From positions 62,001-126,000 of the forward strand of contig CAYUVA010000002.1 of NCBI GenBank assembly GCA_964448115.1: a DNA stretch of 64,000 nucleotides, written 5' to 3'. How positions within the stretch are numbered: the stretch's first letter is position 1; the number at the start of each line of letters is the position of its first letter. Positions 30,401 to 40,642 of the stretch are shown in pieces. A model generated the notes under the pieces. The model was not told the origin of the DNA and did not search any database. It worked only from the letters and a program-made list of their open reading frames with translations. Made by a program: the position numbers and the translations under genes. This DNA is from an uncultured bacterium (GTDB taxonomy: Bacteria; CAYUVA01).

Positions 30401-31483
30401 TGGATCGAGGACTTGAATTACATGTTCTGTAGCCTTTTGGACGGGAAGGCCTACTACTACAGGGTAAAATTCAGGGATATATGGCTGAACGAGAGCGACT
30501 GGTCGATGCCGACCTGGTCTAGACAGGATGCATCGGCACCGATTACAAGTGTTCTGTCGCTGCCCGATATGGTGCGAGAGCAGATCCTTGAGATGCCTTT
30601 TGAGGCTTATGATATAGTATCTGGTGTGAACCACATCAACCTTTATTACAGGCACGATGCTAAGGGTGATTGGTTGCGATATGATGGCAAGTATTCGCTA
30701 TCCCCTATTTTCTTTGATATCGATCAGGCACAAGGCTGGGGCAGCTATGAATATTACACGGTCGGAATTGACAATGTCGGCAATGCTGAGGCTGCACCGC
30801 TAGTGCCCGATGCCAACACCGTTTTCATACCGCCGGATACAGCAACGCCGACAACTACGCCGAGCGCCACCTTCACCGCTACACCCACAAATACAGCAAC
30901 CCCCACAGCCACGCCAACATCGACTGATATTCCTACCTTGACTCCAACCAGATCGCCTACTGGAACCGCCACAGATATCCCCTCGCATACACCGACTCCC
31001 ACAGCCACTCCAAGTAAGACCTTCACTGCAACACCGAGCGACACTCCGACCATCATCCCCACGGTTACCGAGACGCCGATCCCATCGACCACACCAACGC
31101 TAACGCCATCTGCAACACCGACCTGCCCCCCGACATTAACTCCGAGTCTTACGCCGACCGCCACCGAGGTCATTCCGCCTCGCATAATAGCCGGTGGTTA
31201 TATGAGCACAGTTATCGACTCCGCTTATGGGGGGAGACTTTACCTATATATCGTTGCTCAGGATCGCTATGGCCATGCAGCAGCCACGGTCGAGGTTTAC
31301 ATGGACGGAGTCGGACTGGGCGTGTATTTACCTATCTTGGATGAGGCTAGCGGTTTATTCGGTTTCCAGGGATTGCCTGTTGCTGCCGGGACTCCAGCCG
31401 GGTCGCTATTGCTTGAGTATCTTGCCCGGGACGATCACCACATACCCAGTGCGTTGTTCCCATACTTAGTGATTAAGGAGTGA
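24461..31483 (+). CDS. Giant exported multidomain protein: Cys-rich N-terminus, FN3/Ig-like domains, two PPC-like domains, four Thr/Pro/Ser-rich linkers
   Basis: Signal-peptide-like start; FN3 motifs [63 protein letters not shown] and [11 protein letters not shown]-like modules; TPT/TAT/SNTP repeats. Confidence 0.85.
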   Translation: MNRIFNVILPLMLLMMVIFTLPVIGIPYHSSANTMVEGIGYWWVKHPAYPTEIMIIPGDNDWVMHYLDEGENSQFHQRVQAWEQRYGHRGYPFWMTRKVREQLGMPPEPDIVDIPSLPCSGKIIFPVDGGWRCLTDDSRASSKSKGEDYIKVRVYDWASQGASCPVCADGSLPAPDNIADVVIGICFANTGSWTFPHHSEICLNCCDGVEPIPFTATYPTLDHVSLLDVRVQAVDYDVYYPDEPPGTPTPTPTKAHACWSHRSHYNVPAGGLSKAWRNLNFNLSPPCFDPLPNITCRATPKIKVEYEVWYEDNGIDDPQWIEHPNSGQWYNTFTFVWSEVQDRAGIQKSELHISSDTTFNMSDEKIYTIPGNGTQQTVASGDTLTSGSWYFAVRTRDNTGHWSNYRHADHTKFNFDITPPYHTSPTILLGGNEMTEDQQLYDWGNGDAYIHMVNSVDDHSGLAYFQYDIDDDPSDQPQYNDWADNITVSFPNWMDDTGYYTIWVRIVDNLGNDAVYSDYIYCDTSDPSVSKPYFAGAIDLNAIVFFSSPYDEGSGVKEVYYEILEDDILEYWGITGADGNISLNVGYHGRTYKAMMRPKDNSGRQGNEVWSDPVTLNWIPAQPSDTFVSYIDNGVAISWTDNSTNETNFRPEKGLVGMGWFEIGQPTASSYDYFWQSDDKDRRFRFRVRAYRNYGGGEFYSDYDNYLGWFYGPPSAPTQRDPEPEPTAINWLWWDNSLHESGFRIEVDGLGEATVAGNETSYRWDGLEPDHQYTATIFAYMHHVGQYPGDSNPSESKTVNTLANIPQAPLVQNVPQQYETLLVDVLNADPANPPYTKYCILCDEEGKYADQNGTLQTYPTWHTISEWNTIGAKVRGLAPNKLYHIKTKASNQEGVQTDPSEPASAYTACQVPGFIEVKEHINYPDTQMTFTIDPKSNPLDKNTTYVVRVEISPSEFRYVNKNQGVLQFENEHTDLNSTRGSHSEFGGFSGFRLIGLQPNHLYTFFVKAYNFEDLNTSYSLCLDSSCYDWTYAAIPGAPLAYNYPSDPTRLNVLVIHGTGNPADTQYTIQFEQDAIGTKYVDYSGYLVGEMTWGDRTTWGGDSGIDVLGLEPATTYRISCFARNRIGDISGESQETYQTTTFFTATPTVTSTEIPTATPSAIPTSTPSNTPTGNPTFTATALPSNTPSMTPSVTPSATPSATPTSSATLTPTATETATMTATPSNTPSATPSLTPTDTPTNTPTQTATDLPTATMTATPSATLTSTPSATPTHTLTGTPTALPTSTPTATETDLPTATNTPTAIPSTTPTNTPSNIPSTTPSLTPTNTKTATPTFTNTSVPTSTPSFTPTLTATTSPSSTSTASPTSTVSSTPTTTPSQTPTPTETPCWMDDPLEYPPGNDTPENAIFIDTGGSSIQQLFCTESDSDWHKFMASTSMLYTFWTSDLGNSVRTRLRLYDSSGYLLLLDATPLPGQGEVQAQMTYAPSGIYYLEMLPAQGSVWGHGADYNLQVKGITFTPTITPTLTPTLTSTLVPTLTPSTTPTLTPTSTLTPTGAPTSTPTRSPSLTPTNTATPSTTQTRTPTLTPTNTETQTPTGTPTTTGSATPTNTRTLTPTSTPSHTPTLTPSATETATPTNTMTPTATMTPCKDVDIWEPDNSPLNPPEIGAEQGETLHYFCPPPPGDIDWSYFTSSANTSYILATYDLGTDADTYMYLYDGFLNYIDESDNNTSTGGRESTIRFTAPINWFYYVKITSADGKWGTDAYYMYRVLAMTATPTPTFVPTLTPSNTPTSTPSPLPTQTPTATPSATMTTVPTATHTRTPTYTPTATPSATMTDVPTNTPTATSTLTPTFIPSSTVTATPTITATTAPSSTPTSTQTTLPTSTPSPTPTGSFTATDTPTLTPSATASNTPSITPTLTVTATPSATFTVGPAPIITPEPPFTAGTCNTVWWSDQSSYNAGGYYIEADLNGDFTSIIGASGWIEDLNYMFCSLLDGKAYYYRVKFRDIWLNESDWSMPTWSRQDASAPITSVLSLPDMVREQILEMPFEAYDIVSGVNHINLYYRHDAKGDWLRYDGKYSLSPIFFDIDQAQGWGSYEYYTVGIDNVGNAEAAPLVPDANTVFIPPDTATPTTTPSATFTATPTNTATPTATPTSTDIPTLTPTRSPTGTATDIPSHTPTPTATPSKTFTATPSDTPTIIPTVTETPIPSTTPTLTPSATPTCPPTLTPSLTPTATEVIPPRIIAGGYMSTVIDSAYGGRLYLYIVAQDRYGHAAATVEVYMDGVGLGVYLPILDEASGLFGFQGLPVAAGTPAGSLLLEYLARDDHHIPSALFPYLVIKE
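27870..31170 (+). repeat. Four coding low-complexity Thr-Pro-Ser blocks (approx. 27870-28620, 28997-29399, 29771-30260, 30830-31170)
   Basis: Protein-level xTPT/xTAT/xTPS 4-residue periodicity; codons vary, so there is no exact DNA tandem array. Confidence 0.85.
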
Positions 31484-31727
31484 TGAATTCGCGCCTGGAA
31501 GGAGTTTGTCCAAGAATCCCCAAAATCTGTCATTCCGAGTTCTAGTCTGGCTTGCGCCAGGCTCAAGAGCGTTAGTCTGTATCTTCTTGACTGTTTAGGC
31601 TCATTTTGAGTGGTGAAGGATGTTTATCTTCACAAAAGATTTCCATTGCCAAATCCAAGTCGAGAATTTGGGTAAAGAGACATCTGCTTGGGATGAATGA
31701 TTAAACTGTAGTATAATCTTTCCCGAT

Positions 31728-33311
31728 ATGGAGTCTATTCAACTTGGGATCACCGATCTGACCTTGATGCTCATGGTGGCTTCCATAGTCGCCGTGCTGG
31801 TAAAATATATACGATTTCCCTATACAGTCGCACTGGTCATAGTCGGCTTTTTAATCGGCTTTTCTCCATATTTCGAGGCTTTCCACCTCAGCCGAGACAT
31901 CATCCTGCTTGTTTTTCTACCTCCCCTTTTATTCGAGGGCACGCTCAATATGGATCTCGAGATGCTAAGACAAAGGGGTTTATTGGTTGGATTGCTTGCC
32001 TTTTTAGGAACCTTTTTAGGTGCTGGTCTGATAGGGTTGATCATTCATTTTTTTCTAGGGATTGACTGGATATATGCCTTTTTGATGGGAGCAATACTCT
32101 CCCCGACCGATCCAGTTAGCGTACTGGCGACCTTTAAGGAGCTTGGTATTGCCAAGGGGCTTTCCACCATCATAGAGGGCGAGTCGGTATTCAATGATGG
32201 TGTCGGCGTGGTTATGTATGTAATATTAGTCGATCTGATTGCCGGCAAAGATATCACAACCACTGGTATGATCATTGAGTTCTTCAAGGAGGTTTCCCTG
32301 GGAGCGATCGTCGGTGTTAGCATCGGCTACATTGTATATAAGATTTTGGGGCGTATCGAGGATCACCTGGTGGAGGTTATGATCTCCTTTCTACTGGCTT
32401 ATGGCGTTTACATCGCAGCCGAGAGATTACACGCCTCCGGAGTGATAGCAGTGGTATTGTCCGGCTTGATTATTGGAAACTATGGCAGGTTATTCTCCAT
32501 GTCTCCACAGACCAGGATGAGCCTGAACCATTTCTGGGAGACGGCAGGCTTCATCTTGAACTCGTTATTGTTTTTGCTTATCGGGATCCAACTCGATTCT
32601 CATCATCTGCTATCTCGGTTACCTAAGATCATAGTCATATTCTTGGGGCTGTTATTGGTGCGATCCCTCGTAGTTTATAGCATTATCATGCTTTCAAGTT
32701 TTTTGGGACAGAAGCTCCCCGCTGCCTGGAAGCATGTAATCAATTGGGGTGGCTTGCGGGGGAGCATCCCGATAGCACTGGCACTCGGGCTGGAGCCGAA
32801 GTTTGAGAGCCGTGATGAGTTCGTAAGTATAATATTCGGGGTGGTACTACTATCGATGCTTGTACAGGGATTATCCCTCAAGCTAATGATGAAAAGGCTC
32901 GGACTTATCACGCTCGAACCGGAAAGGAAGCAATACGAATATTACCTTGCCCGAATTGTCGGCTTAAACGCTGCCTTGAAGGAGCTGGAGGAGATGTTCA
33001 GAGATGGGGAGGTTTCAGAGGAAAACTATAATAAGATACATAACAATCTTACCGCGACAAAAGATAAACTTAAGACCGAGTTCAAGAGCTTAGCCACTGA
33101 ATTCCAATCGCTTAAGACCTCCGAGTTGGAAAGGGCGCTACGAAGGGTTTATTTAGCAAAGCGTTCAGCGATAAATGATGTCTTTCGTCGTGGATTGATC
33201 TCGGAGCAGACCTTCCATGAGCTAAGTATGAACATTGCAGCGATCTTGGAAAGCGGGATGGAAGAATTCTACAAGGAAGAAATGGAGCTACTGAATGAAG
33301 ATGAGGAATAG
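31728..33311 (+). CDS. CPA1 family Na+/H+ antiporter (NhaP/NhaG-like)
   Basis: PYTVALV, FLPPLLFE, SPTDPVSV, EGESVFNDG, SGVIAVV, WGGLRGSIPIALAL. Confidence 0.93.
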   Translation: MESIQLGITDLTLMLMVASIVAVLVKYIRFPYTVALVIVGFLIGFSPYFEAFHLSRDIILLVFLPPLLFEGTLNMDLEMLRQRGLLVGLLAFLGTFLGAGLIGLIIHFFLGIDWIYAFLMGAILSPTDPVSVLATFKELGIAKGLSTIIEGESVFNDGVGVVMYVILVDLIAGKDITTTGMIIEFFKEVSLGAIVGVSIGYIVYKILGRIEDHLVEVMISFLLAYGVYIAAERLHASGVIAVVLSGLIIGNYGRLFSMSPQTRMSLNHFWETAGFILNSLLFLLIGIQLDSHHLLSRLPKIIVIFLGLLLVRSLVVYSIIMLSSFLGQKLPAAWKHVINWGGLRGSIPIALALGLEPKFESRDEFVSIIFGVVLLSMLVQGLSLKLMMKRLGLITLEPERKQYEYYLARIVGLNAALKELEEMFRDGEVSEENYNKIHNNLTATKDKLKTEFKSLATEFQSLKTSELERALRRVYLAKRSAINDVFRRGLISEQTFHELSMNIAAILESGMEEFYKEEMELLNEDEE

Positions 33312-34404
33312 TTTTTTTTTATCAGTCGCTGTTTGTATGGCGGTTTGTTGTATTCTCCTAAAGGGGGAGGGCATGGCAAAGAACATTTCTTTTGAAATAC
33401 CGGTCGATTTCGACATGAACCAGTCGCTTTTAGGCGATGAAGACTTGGGCATTCATCTTGATCGTTATCCAAAGGGCACCTATGGTGAGAGCTGGTTCGC
33501 CTGGCTTTATTGCGATGATGGTAGAGCCTTTTTCATCATGTTCTCGCTCTCTCGCCTGGGGAAACTTGGTAGCAATCTGAGGGTCGATGCTACCTATTAT
33601 GATCCACAAGGGAACTGTCATAAATCCAATCAGAGCTTCAAGCTGGAGGATCTCAAGGCTTATAAAACAAAGGTGATGATGGGGCATAACTACATCCAGA
33701 AGACAAATGAGGTATATTACTGGTACATCAAGGACGTTGATTTTGAGCTAAAGTTCAACCTGAACAACCTTTCACCAGCAATAATGCCTGGTAAAGGAAC
33801 GCTTAACTTCGAGAATGATGAATTCTGGACTCTGAGTCTGGTCAATACGGGGGCGAAGCTCAATGGAGTACTAAGGTTCAAGGGTGAAAAGGTGGATATT
33901 GATGGTTACGCCTATGTTGATCATGTCTGGTGCACAGCCATGCCACCATCGTTCTTGCGCTCCTGGTATCGCTTTCGGGTAATGAACCAGGATGTCGCCG
34001 TGTTTATAAACGATATGCACTTCAAGGAGAAATTCAGCTCCGACGATGCCAGGCTTATGCAGGTGCGATTGGGCAATAAAAACATCATCCTATCCAATAG
34101 GTTCCATAAAGACTATGAGCTAGCCAACTTCGGAGAGCGGGAATATAAATATCCGCGTAGGGCTATTATCACCGATATAAGGGACGAATACGAAATCCGC
34201 ATCCAGTTCACCCAGCGTCGCGTCCTGGGGGAACTGGACATGCTTGAGTTGTTCCCCGGGGTGATAAGATGGGCGGTAAAGACCTTCTTCACCAAGCTGT
34301 GGGCATTTCGCTTCGTTTATGATTTCGAGCTTAGCCTTGAGTGTGAGGGGGAGAGTTACCAATTCAGTGGCACCTGTCCCGGCGACCACCAGTTTTATTA
34401 CTAA
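33295..34404 (+). CDS. Hypothetical, probably exported beta-rich protein (AttH/CrtC/Svf1-like lipocalin-barrel candidate)
   Basis: Signal-like N-terminus; ESWFAW and GVLRFKGEKVDIDGYAYVDHVW...WYRF resemble AttH-like fold motifs; start could be 33301 or 33373. Confidence 0.5.
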   Translation: MKMRNSFFLSVAVCMAVCCILLKGEGMAKNISFEIPVDFDMNQSLLGDEDLGIHLDRYPKGTYGESWFAWLYCDDGRAFFIMFSLSRLGKLGSNLRVDATYYDPQGNCHKSNQSFKLEDLKAYKTKVMMGHNYIQKTNEVYYWYIKDVDFELKFNLNNLSPAIMPGKGTLNFENDEFWTLSLVNTGAKLNGVLRFKGEKVDIDGYAYVDHVWCTAMPPSFLRSWYRFRVMNQDVAVFINDMHFKEKFSSDDARLMQVRLGNKNIILSNRFHKDYELANFGEREYKYPRRAIITDIRDEYEIRIQFTQRRVLGELDMLELFPGVIRWAVKTFFTKLWAFRFVYDFELSLECEGESYQFSGTCPGDHQFYY

Positions 34405-34455
34405 TGTTGTTCACTTAAGAATACTGAAATTGTTAGGATTTATTGAAGCAATTCG

Positions 34456-34516
34456 CCCTCTCCCCAGCCCTCCTCCAGAGGGCGAGGGAGTCGATCCCCT
34501 CTCCGCTAGGAGAGGG
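34456..34516. repeat. REP-like palindromic intergenic element (CCCTCTCC...GGAGAGGG type)
   Basis: CCCTCTCCCCAGCCCTCCTCCAGAGGGCGAGGG followed by the perfect hairpin CCCTCTCC-GCTA-GGAGAGGG; a GC-rich island in AT-rich spacer DNA. Confidence 0.65.
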
Positions 34517-34566
34517 TCTGTAAGATGTAAAGTAAACGATGTTAGTTATTTTGTTGATCTTTAACC

Positions 34567-36747
34567 ATGAGAATTAACAACGATAATAGAAACAGCTTCC
34601 TGGTTTATATATGCCTTTTTGCCATCATGTTGTTTCATCTTGCCAACAATATAGTTTGGCACAAGGTGGATACCAGCCTTCCGGTCTCCGACGCCGGCTT
34701 CCATATCGGCACTTGCTACAAGATGTACCATACGATAAAAGATCCGCAAAGCACCCTCTGGGACATTGCCAAGGTCGATATCTACTATCCGCCGCTGTTA
34801 TATCTGAGCGCATCCGGCTTCATGTTTATGTTTGGTACCGATATGGATTTGATATTGATAAGCCTCAGCCTGTTCTTTCTAATCTTGATTGCCTCAGCTT
34901 ACCTTCTTGGAGCACAGTGCTCAGGAGCCTGGGGGGGATTGCTCGCTGCCTTTGTAACCTCGATGGTGCCCAGGCTTTATGGATACTCACGCCAATCACT
35001 CACCGAGATACCTTATACAGCCTTTACTTTACTTGCCATTTATTTTTTATATAAATCCGATGGATTCAGCTCCCGCAGATACAGCATCTTGGCTGGTTTC
35101 GCCATTGGGCTTGCCATGCTTTCCAAGTGGTCGTGCATTTTTTTCCTTTGGTTTCCGGTTGCTTACAGTTTATATCTTGCGATTACTCGTCGGCATCCCA
35201 GGTTGCCAAGCAAAGCTAATTTGCTACAAGCACTATTTGCTACCCTATTATTCGGTGTGCTGTCTTATTTTATATACATATCCTATCCTTCTTACCTTCT
35301 CATTTATATCGTTGCTGGTTGGGCTTTATTCGGCTTTTTCGCGTTGCTGGGAAGCGGTTCGATTATTAACAGCCTATCGAGCCTGCTTATAGGCTTCAAC
35401 CTGACATCATTTTTTTACCTTCCCAACCTTGCAGAGCTGGTTCGCATCAATCTATTCGCCTTCACGCTTCCATCATGGGTAGCAGGCATGGAGGTTCATT
35501 GGTATCATCCCCGGTCCTTAACTTATTATTCTAGGGTCATAATGCACCCCTCTTTTTCATATTTTCTAGGCGCTCTAGTGCTTGTCAGTCTTGGGCTGTT
35601 CATACTCAGGCGTCTCGGATATATCGCTATCAAATGCCCTGTGTCCATAACAACAAGGTACTGGTGGACGGTGTTAGGAGCAATTATCGGCTCTTATCCG
35701 CTTTTAACCTTGGCTAACAACAAGTCGTTCAGGTATTTTGTCCCCGTCTTTCCCGTAATTGTAACCTGGCTTTGCTATCAGGTTTTATGTTCCTTGAGAC
35801 CCAAACATAAGAGAGTTTTTATCCCAATAATGATCTTATTTTTGCTGGTGCAGTTTTATGCCTATAGCTGGGGCATACCGGATAGCCGATACAGCGTGTT
35901 CAATGTGGCTCGCAATATAATCTTCAAACCAGATTACGGCATGTGGGGAGTGCATCCACCGAGCCGCGGAGAACAACATACATTGCCGAGCTTCATCGAT
36001 GAGCTGATAGAGCGCTCAGAGGATTACTCAGGTGAGGTTTCACTTTGCTCCATGTGCGACAGCTACGAGTACAATCCTGGGACCATTAGCATGTATCTCT
36101 TCAAGTTCAATGCCGATATCTTCCACATTGTGCTCAGTGGTCATTATCACAAGCCTATATATCAAGCACTGCTTGAGGATTGTACATTCATCGTAACCCT
36201 GGATCGCCTTCCCCGCAACCGACTGGCAGATACCGATTGGAGCAAAGCCTGGCGATTTATCTCAGACGATCCCCTGCGCCAGTTTGCCCGAGACTTCCAG
36301 GTGGTCAAGCGATTTGGCAGCCAGGAGGGCTTCGGCGTCATTTTATTTCAGTATGGTTTATCATTGCCATATCTTATCGATCTCGGTGAGTACTCTCCCC
36401 TGGAGGGCAATCTAGCCTCCAACATGGGTGAACCTGCATCTTATGAGGGCAGAGACTACAGGCGCATACTAACCAACTCCAGCATTTACATCCCGCCGCT
36501 TCCTCTGCCTGTCGGATGTATTGAGTTAAAAACCCTTAGCTTCATCGATCACGCACAGCAACATAAGTTAATCATGCAGCTTTCAGGGGATGGATCTGAT
36601 TTGAGCATAACAAAAGAAGTTACACTTATTCCAGGCAGCCATATTTATAAGATTAAGCTCCAAGCTCCCATCAGGCTTTCCGATATTGAGCTTAAGGCGC
36701 CAATAAATCGGGAGATTTACCTGGATTGGGTGGGGTTATACCCATAG
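34567..36747 (+). CDS. ArnT/PMT-like (GT-C) membrane glycosyltransferase
   Basis: Many TM helices; first-loop Asp (PVSDAGFH), YYPPLLY, GLAMLSKW, RYFVP; soluble C-terminal domain. Confidence 0.8.
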   Translation: MRINNDNRNSFLVYICLFAIMLFHLANNIVWHKVDTSLPVSDAGFHIGTCYKMYHTIKDPQSTLWDIAKVDIYYPPLLYLSASGFMFMFGTDMDLILISLSLFFLILIASAYLLGAQCSGAWGGLLAAFVTSMVPRLYGYSRQSLTEIPYTAFTLLAIYFLYKSDGFSSRRYSILAGFAIGLAMLSKWSCIFFLWFPVAYSLYLAITRRHPRLPSKANLLQALFATLLFGVLSYFIYISYPSYLLIYIVAGWALFGFFALLGSGSIINSLSSLLIGFNLTSFFYLPNLAELVRINLFAFTLPSWVAGMEVHWYHPRSLTYYSRVIMHPSFSYFLGALVLVSLGLFILRRLGYIAIKCPVSITTRYWWTVLGAIIGSYPLLTLANNKSFRYFVPVFPVIVTWLCYQVLCSLRPKHKRVFIPIMILFLLVQFYAYSWGIPDSRYSVFNVARNIIFKPDYGMWGVHPPSRGEQHTLPSFIDELIERSEDYSGEVSLCSMCDSYEYNPGTISMYLFKFNADIFHIVLSGHYHKPIYQALLEDCTFIVTLDRLPRNRLADTDWSKAWRFISDDPLRQFARDFQVVKRFGSQEGFGVILFQYGLSLPYLIDLGEYSPLEGNLASNMGEPASYEGRDYRRILTNSSIYIPPLPLPVGCIELKTLSFIDHAQQHKLIMQLSGDGSDLSITKEVTLIPGSHIYKIKLQAPIRLSDIELKAPINREIYLDWVGLYP

Positions 36748-36874
36748 CAGGCGGCTGTCAACACTTCCACCTGATGCCAAGTTCTCGCATCATCTGGAAA
36801 TATGAGGCACCACTTTGAAAAATATCGGGAAACAGCTATATTACTACAAACCTTTGCTGATAAAAGGAGATGAC

Positions 36875-38170
36875 ATGGAAAAGGCAACCATTGAACATAT
36901 CGCTATGTACCAGGGCAAAGAAGTCGAGCTTGCCGGGTGGCTATACAACAAGCGTAGTAGCGGCAAGATACAGTTCCTGCAGCTTCGCGATGGAACCGGC
37001 ATAATCCAATGCGTGGTAGCACGAAGCGATGTTACAGATAAGGTATTCGAGGATGCGCAAAAGCTCACCCAGGAATCATCTTTCTATGCCAGGGGAACCA
37101 TCAAGGCTGATCCACGATCACCGATAGGCTACGAGATGTTGGTCAAAGACATCGAGATCATTCAGATCGCAAAGGATTACCCCATCACCCCCAAGGAACA
37201 TGGCATTGAGTTCCTCCTTGAGAGACGCCATCTCTGGCTGCGCTCCAGGAGACAATTCGCCGTGCTCAGGATAAGGGCAGAGGTGATCAGCGCTATCAGG
37301 GATTACCTCGATAACAATGGCTTTATCCTGATGGATACCCCCATCTTCACCCCGGCAGCCTGTGAGGGCACGACCACACTTTTTAGTACCAAGTATTTTG
37401 AAGAGGATACCGCATACCTTAGTCAAAGCGGTCAACTGTACAATGAAGCTACGGCAATGGCTTTTCGCAAGGTCTATTGCTTCGGACCTACCTTCAGAGC
37501 CGAGAAGTCCAAGACCCGCAAGCACCTGATCGAGTTTTGGATGGTGGAGCCGGAGATCGCCTTCGCCGACCTTTATGATGTGATGGATATCTGCGAAGAC
37601 CTCACTATCTATATCATCGAGCGAGTGCTTGAGAATCGTCGCATGGAACTACAGATACTCCAACGAGATACCTCCAAGCTGGAGGCAATAAAGAAGCCAT
37701 TTCCCAGGATCACATACCAGGAAGCGGTCGATATTATCAAAAAAGCGGGAAGGGACTTCGAGGATGGTAATGACTTCGGCGCACCGGATGAGGAAATACT
37801 GGGAAATACATTCGAGCGCCCGGTCTTCGTGCATCGATTCCCCGCTGCCATAAAGGCATTCTACATGAAGCGAGCACCGGAGGACGAGAGCCTTGTGCTT
37901 GGCTGCGATATGATAGCCCCCGAAGGATACGGTGAGCTTATCGGCGGCAGTCAAAGAGAGGATGACCTGGAAACCCTAGAGAAAAGAATAATAGAGCACA
38001 AACTTCCCCGGCAAGCCTTTGAGTGGTTCCTTGACCTGCGCCGATACGGTACTGTTCCACATTCAGGATTCGGCATGGGGCTGGAGAGAACCGTTGCATG
38101 GATTGCCGGCGTCGAGCACATACGAGAGACCATCCCATTTCCCAGAATGCTTTACCGTATGTATCCTTAG
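36875..38170 (+). CDS. asnS: Asparagine--tRNA ligase
   Basis: [79 protein letters not shown] before ATG 36875. Confidence 0.97.
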   Translation: MEKATIEHIAMYQGKEVELAGWLYNKRSSGKIQFLQLRDGTGIIQCVVARSDVTDKVFEDAQKLTQESSFYARGTIKADPRSPIGYEMLVKDIEIIQIAKDYPITPKEHGIEFLLERRHLWLRSRRQFAVLRIRAEVISAIRDYLDNNGFILMDTPIFTPAACEGTTTLFSTKYFEEDTAYLSQSGQLYNEATAMAFRKVYCFGPTFRAEKSKTRKHLIEFWMVEPEIAFADLYDVMDICEDLTIYIIERVLENRRMELQILQRDTSKLEAIKKPFPRITYQEAVDIIKKAGRDFEDGNDFGAPDEEILGNTFERPVFVHRFPAAIKAFYMKRAPEDESLVLGCDMIAPEGYGELIGGSQREDDLETLEKRIIEHKLPRQAFEWFLDLRRYGTVPHSGFGMGLERTVAWIAGVEHIRETIPFPRMLYRMYP

Positions 38171-38266
38171 ATTGTGATTCATTAGTACCTTCGTGGCTTT
38201 GCGGTTATAATATATGATATATACGAAAATGGAGCTTGATCATATTTAGGTTAGGGGAGTGAACCG

Positions 38267-39859
38267 ATGAAGGTTGACCTGGCTGGATTCAATATTGATA
38301 TGCAGATCTTACGGGATATAGATACGCTATTGGATAACATCCAGCATGAGTTATCTCGGCTTGGCGAATCGAGCGATTCCCTTAGAAAACAGCGCTCCAA
38401 AATGCAGGAGTTGCTTCAGGCAGTTGATTCCTATCAAAGTAAAACCCATTATACTCCAGAGACGCTCTCAGCCTCCTATGCCCGCATCAGTCGAGATCCA
38501 GCTTCTATCCCCGAACTTAGAGAAATAGCCAGGGAACAGGTCGAACAAGCCCGGAAATCCAACCGTAACATAGTCTTCGGCATGGGGCATCATTCCATAG
38601 CAGAACATGCGGTCTTCAACTTCGATATAATGGGGATCTCCCGGCTAGCCATCGAGGCTCTGCAATCGCACCGCCTGGCTAGCTACACCGAAAAATCGCA
38701 AAGATACATCACTCTCCGGGGCGACTATCTTGTTCCTTATGAGTTTCAAGGCGATGGGAGAGAGCTGTTCGAGCAAACGGTAAAAAAGCAAAATCAGCTC
38801 TATGCCCTTGCCTTGCCTGTGCTTGAAGAACATCAAAGAAAACGGAATACGGTGCTTGCCAAAACAAAGAGCGGCATGAGAACTATCGAGGGCTGGGCAA
38901 AGGAGGATGCTCGTTATGCGCTATCATTGGCTACCCAGACGCAGGTGGGAATGACCGCTAATGCACGAACCGTCGAGTACATGATACGAAGGATGCGATA
39001 CCATCCCCTCGATGAGGTGCGACAGCTCGGTGAGCAACTTTACGGTCAGGTAAGAAAGGTCGCACCATCACTGATACTATTAACAGATCCCGAGCAATTC
39101 AAGCAACAGTTCAATGCCGAGATCGATGACAGCTTCATCTGCGATGCTCCTTCCGAGACCAAGGCAATGGTGGCTGGAGAATTATCTAGCCTGCCTAAGT
39201 TGAAAAATGAAACCATCGAGGAGGTTAGACTTATAGACTTCGATAGGCTTGCCGATCGTAAAGTCGCAGCAGCCATTATCTTCAATAACAGCGACATTAG
39301 TTATTATGATGCCCTGGAGATGGTGGATGCCATGGGAGCTGAAAAGATCATCCACCAAGCGCTGGCTAGATTATCGAAGCATGATGCTCCTTTTCGTGAA
39401 TTCGAGCTTCCCTGGTTTCTCTACGAGCTGGTGGTCAGTGCCACCTGTTTTGCACAACTGAAAAGACACCGAATGATGACCCTGTTGGCTCAGGGCTATG
39501 ACACCTCTTTAGCCATAAAGATACCGCCAGCAGTGGTTGAGGCTGGGTTGGCTCAACGCTTCATCGATAATGCACATGAGACTGAGCAGGCTTACTATAA
39601 ACTGGCGGAGATCCATCCCCAGGCTGCGGAATATATACTCACCAATGGGCATAGAAGACGGGTAGTGGTGGGCGCCAATGCCAGGGAGCTATACCATATT
39701 GCCCGGCTCAGGATGGATAGTTACGCCCAGTGGGATATCCGCGCCATAAGCTCGCAGATGCTCGCCGAGGCGAAGAAGGTCGCCCCGACAACCATGATGC
39801 TCGCTTGTGGAAAGGATAACTTCGATGAGCTGAAGAAGAGACTTTACGAGCAATGTTAA
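38267..39859 (+). CDS. thyX: FAD-dependent thymidylate synthase, tandem double-Thy1 form
   Basis: MGHHSIAEHA, SHRLASYTEKSQRY, EDARYAL, ANAR; second copy AQLKRHRMMT...ANARELYHIARLR...AQWDIR. Confidence 0.9.
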   Translation: MKVDLAGFNIDMQILRDIDTLLDNIQHELSRLGESSDSLRKQRSKMQELLQAVDSYQSKTHYTPETLSASYARISRDPASIPELREIAREQVEQARKSNRNIVFGMGHHSIAEHAVFNFDIMGISRLAIEALQSHRLASYTEKSQRYITLRGDYLVPYEFQGDGRELFEQTVKKQNQLYALALPVLEEHQRKRNTVLAKTKSGMRTIEGWAKEDARYALSLATQTQVGMTANARTVEYMIRRMRYHPLDEVRQLGEQLYGQVRKVAPSLILLTDPEQFKQQFNAEIDDSFICDAPSETKAMVAGELSSLPKLKNETIEEVRLIDFDRLADRKVAAAIIFNNSDISYYDALEMVDAMGAEKIIHQALARLSKHDAPFREFELPWFLYELVVSATCFAQLKRHRMMTLLAQGYDTSLAIKIPPAVVEAGLAQRFIDNAHETEQAYYKLAEIHPQAAEYILTNGHRRRVVVGANARELYHIARLRMDSYAQWDIRAISSQMLAEAKKVAPTTMMLACGKDNFDELKKRLYEQC

Positions 39860-39934
39860 GCCTGGAAAATCAATCTGTGCCTTTGTTCTCTCATTGATTT
39901 TATAGCCCAGAAAGGGTAATTTATTTATAGATAG

Positions 39935-40612
39935 ATGTCGCAAAGAATAAACATGTTGGTGATCTTCTCGTTTTTTACCATTGCATTGCTGTGCTTTCCC
40001 TGTTTTGCTGAGATCGTAAGCTATATAGATGACAACGGCATTATTAGAATCGAGAACACTAGCCCCAGAACACCAGATAGTGGAAAGAGAAGTTGCATAA
40101 GACAATTTACTCCACAGATCAACCAGGATGGTCTTGCGCAATATGCTTCGATTATCGATGAGATCTGCACTCGCTACGAGATAGATGATGACCTGGTCAA
40201 GGCGATAATCCAGATCGAGTCCAATTATTGCTATGATGCCATCTCACCCAAGGGCGCAATTGGATTGATGCAACTGATGCCGGCCACGGCTGCCCGTTTC
40301 GGCGTGGAGGATATCTACGATCCCAGCCAGAACATCGAGGGAGGGGTCAAGTATCTGTTGTATCTTATCAAGTTTTTCAAGGGAGACATCGACCTGGTAT
40401 TGGCTGCATATAATGCAGGGGAGCATAAGGTTCTGGAGCACAACGGCATCCCTCCCTTCGAGGAGACCAATCGATTCGTGCAGAGGGTGCTCGCTATATA
40501 CCATAAGTTGTCGGGAAGCGGTTCGCTCACGCCGGAGATACTAGTTTTCCGTGATGCAAACGGAGTAATAAACATGGTCAACATGGAAGCGAAGAACTAT
40601 CGAAAAAGATAA
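39935..40612 (+). CDS. Lytic transglycosylase (SLT domain), exported
   Basis: AIIQIESN, SPKGAIGLMQLMP, QNIEGG, LAAYNAG, IPPFEET; signal peptide. Confidence 0.93.
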   Translation: MSQRINMLVIFSFFTIALLCFPCFAEIVSYIDDNGIIRIENTSPRTPDSGKRSCIRQFTPQINQDGLAQYASIIDEICTRYEIDDDLVKAIIQIESNYCYDAISPKGAIGLMQLMPATAARFGVEDIYDPSQNIEGGVKYLLYLIKFFKGDIDLVLAAYNAGEHKVLEHNGIPPFEETNRFVQRVLAIYHKLSGSGSLTPEILVFRDANGVINMVNMEAKNYRKR

Positions 40613-40642
40613 ATCCATGAACCTACCCCACCAATAAAAATA

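Noticed and set aside
27865-31185. Val/Gly-rich minus-strand ORFs (27865-28704, 29926-30300, 30754-31185 and others)
   Set aside because: Antisense shadows of the Thr/Pro codon repeats in the giant protein
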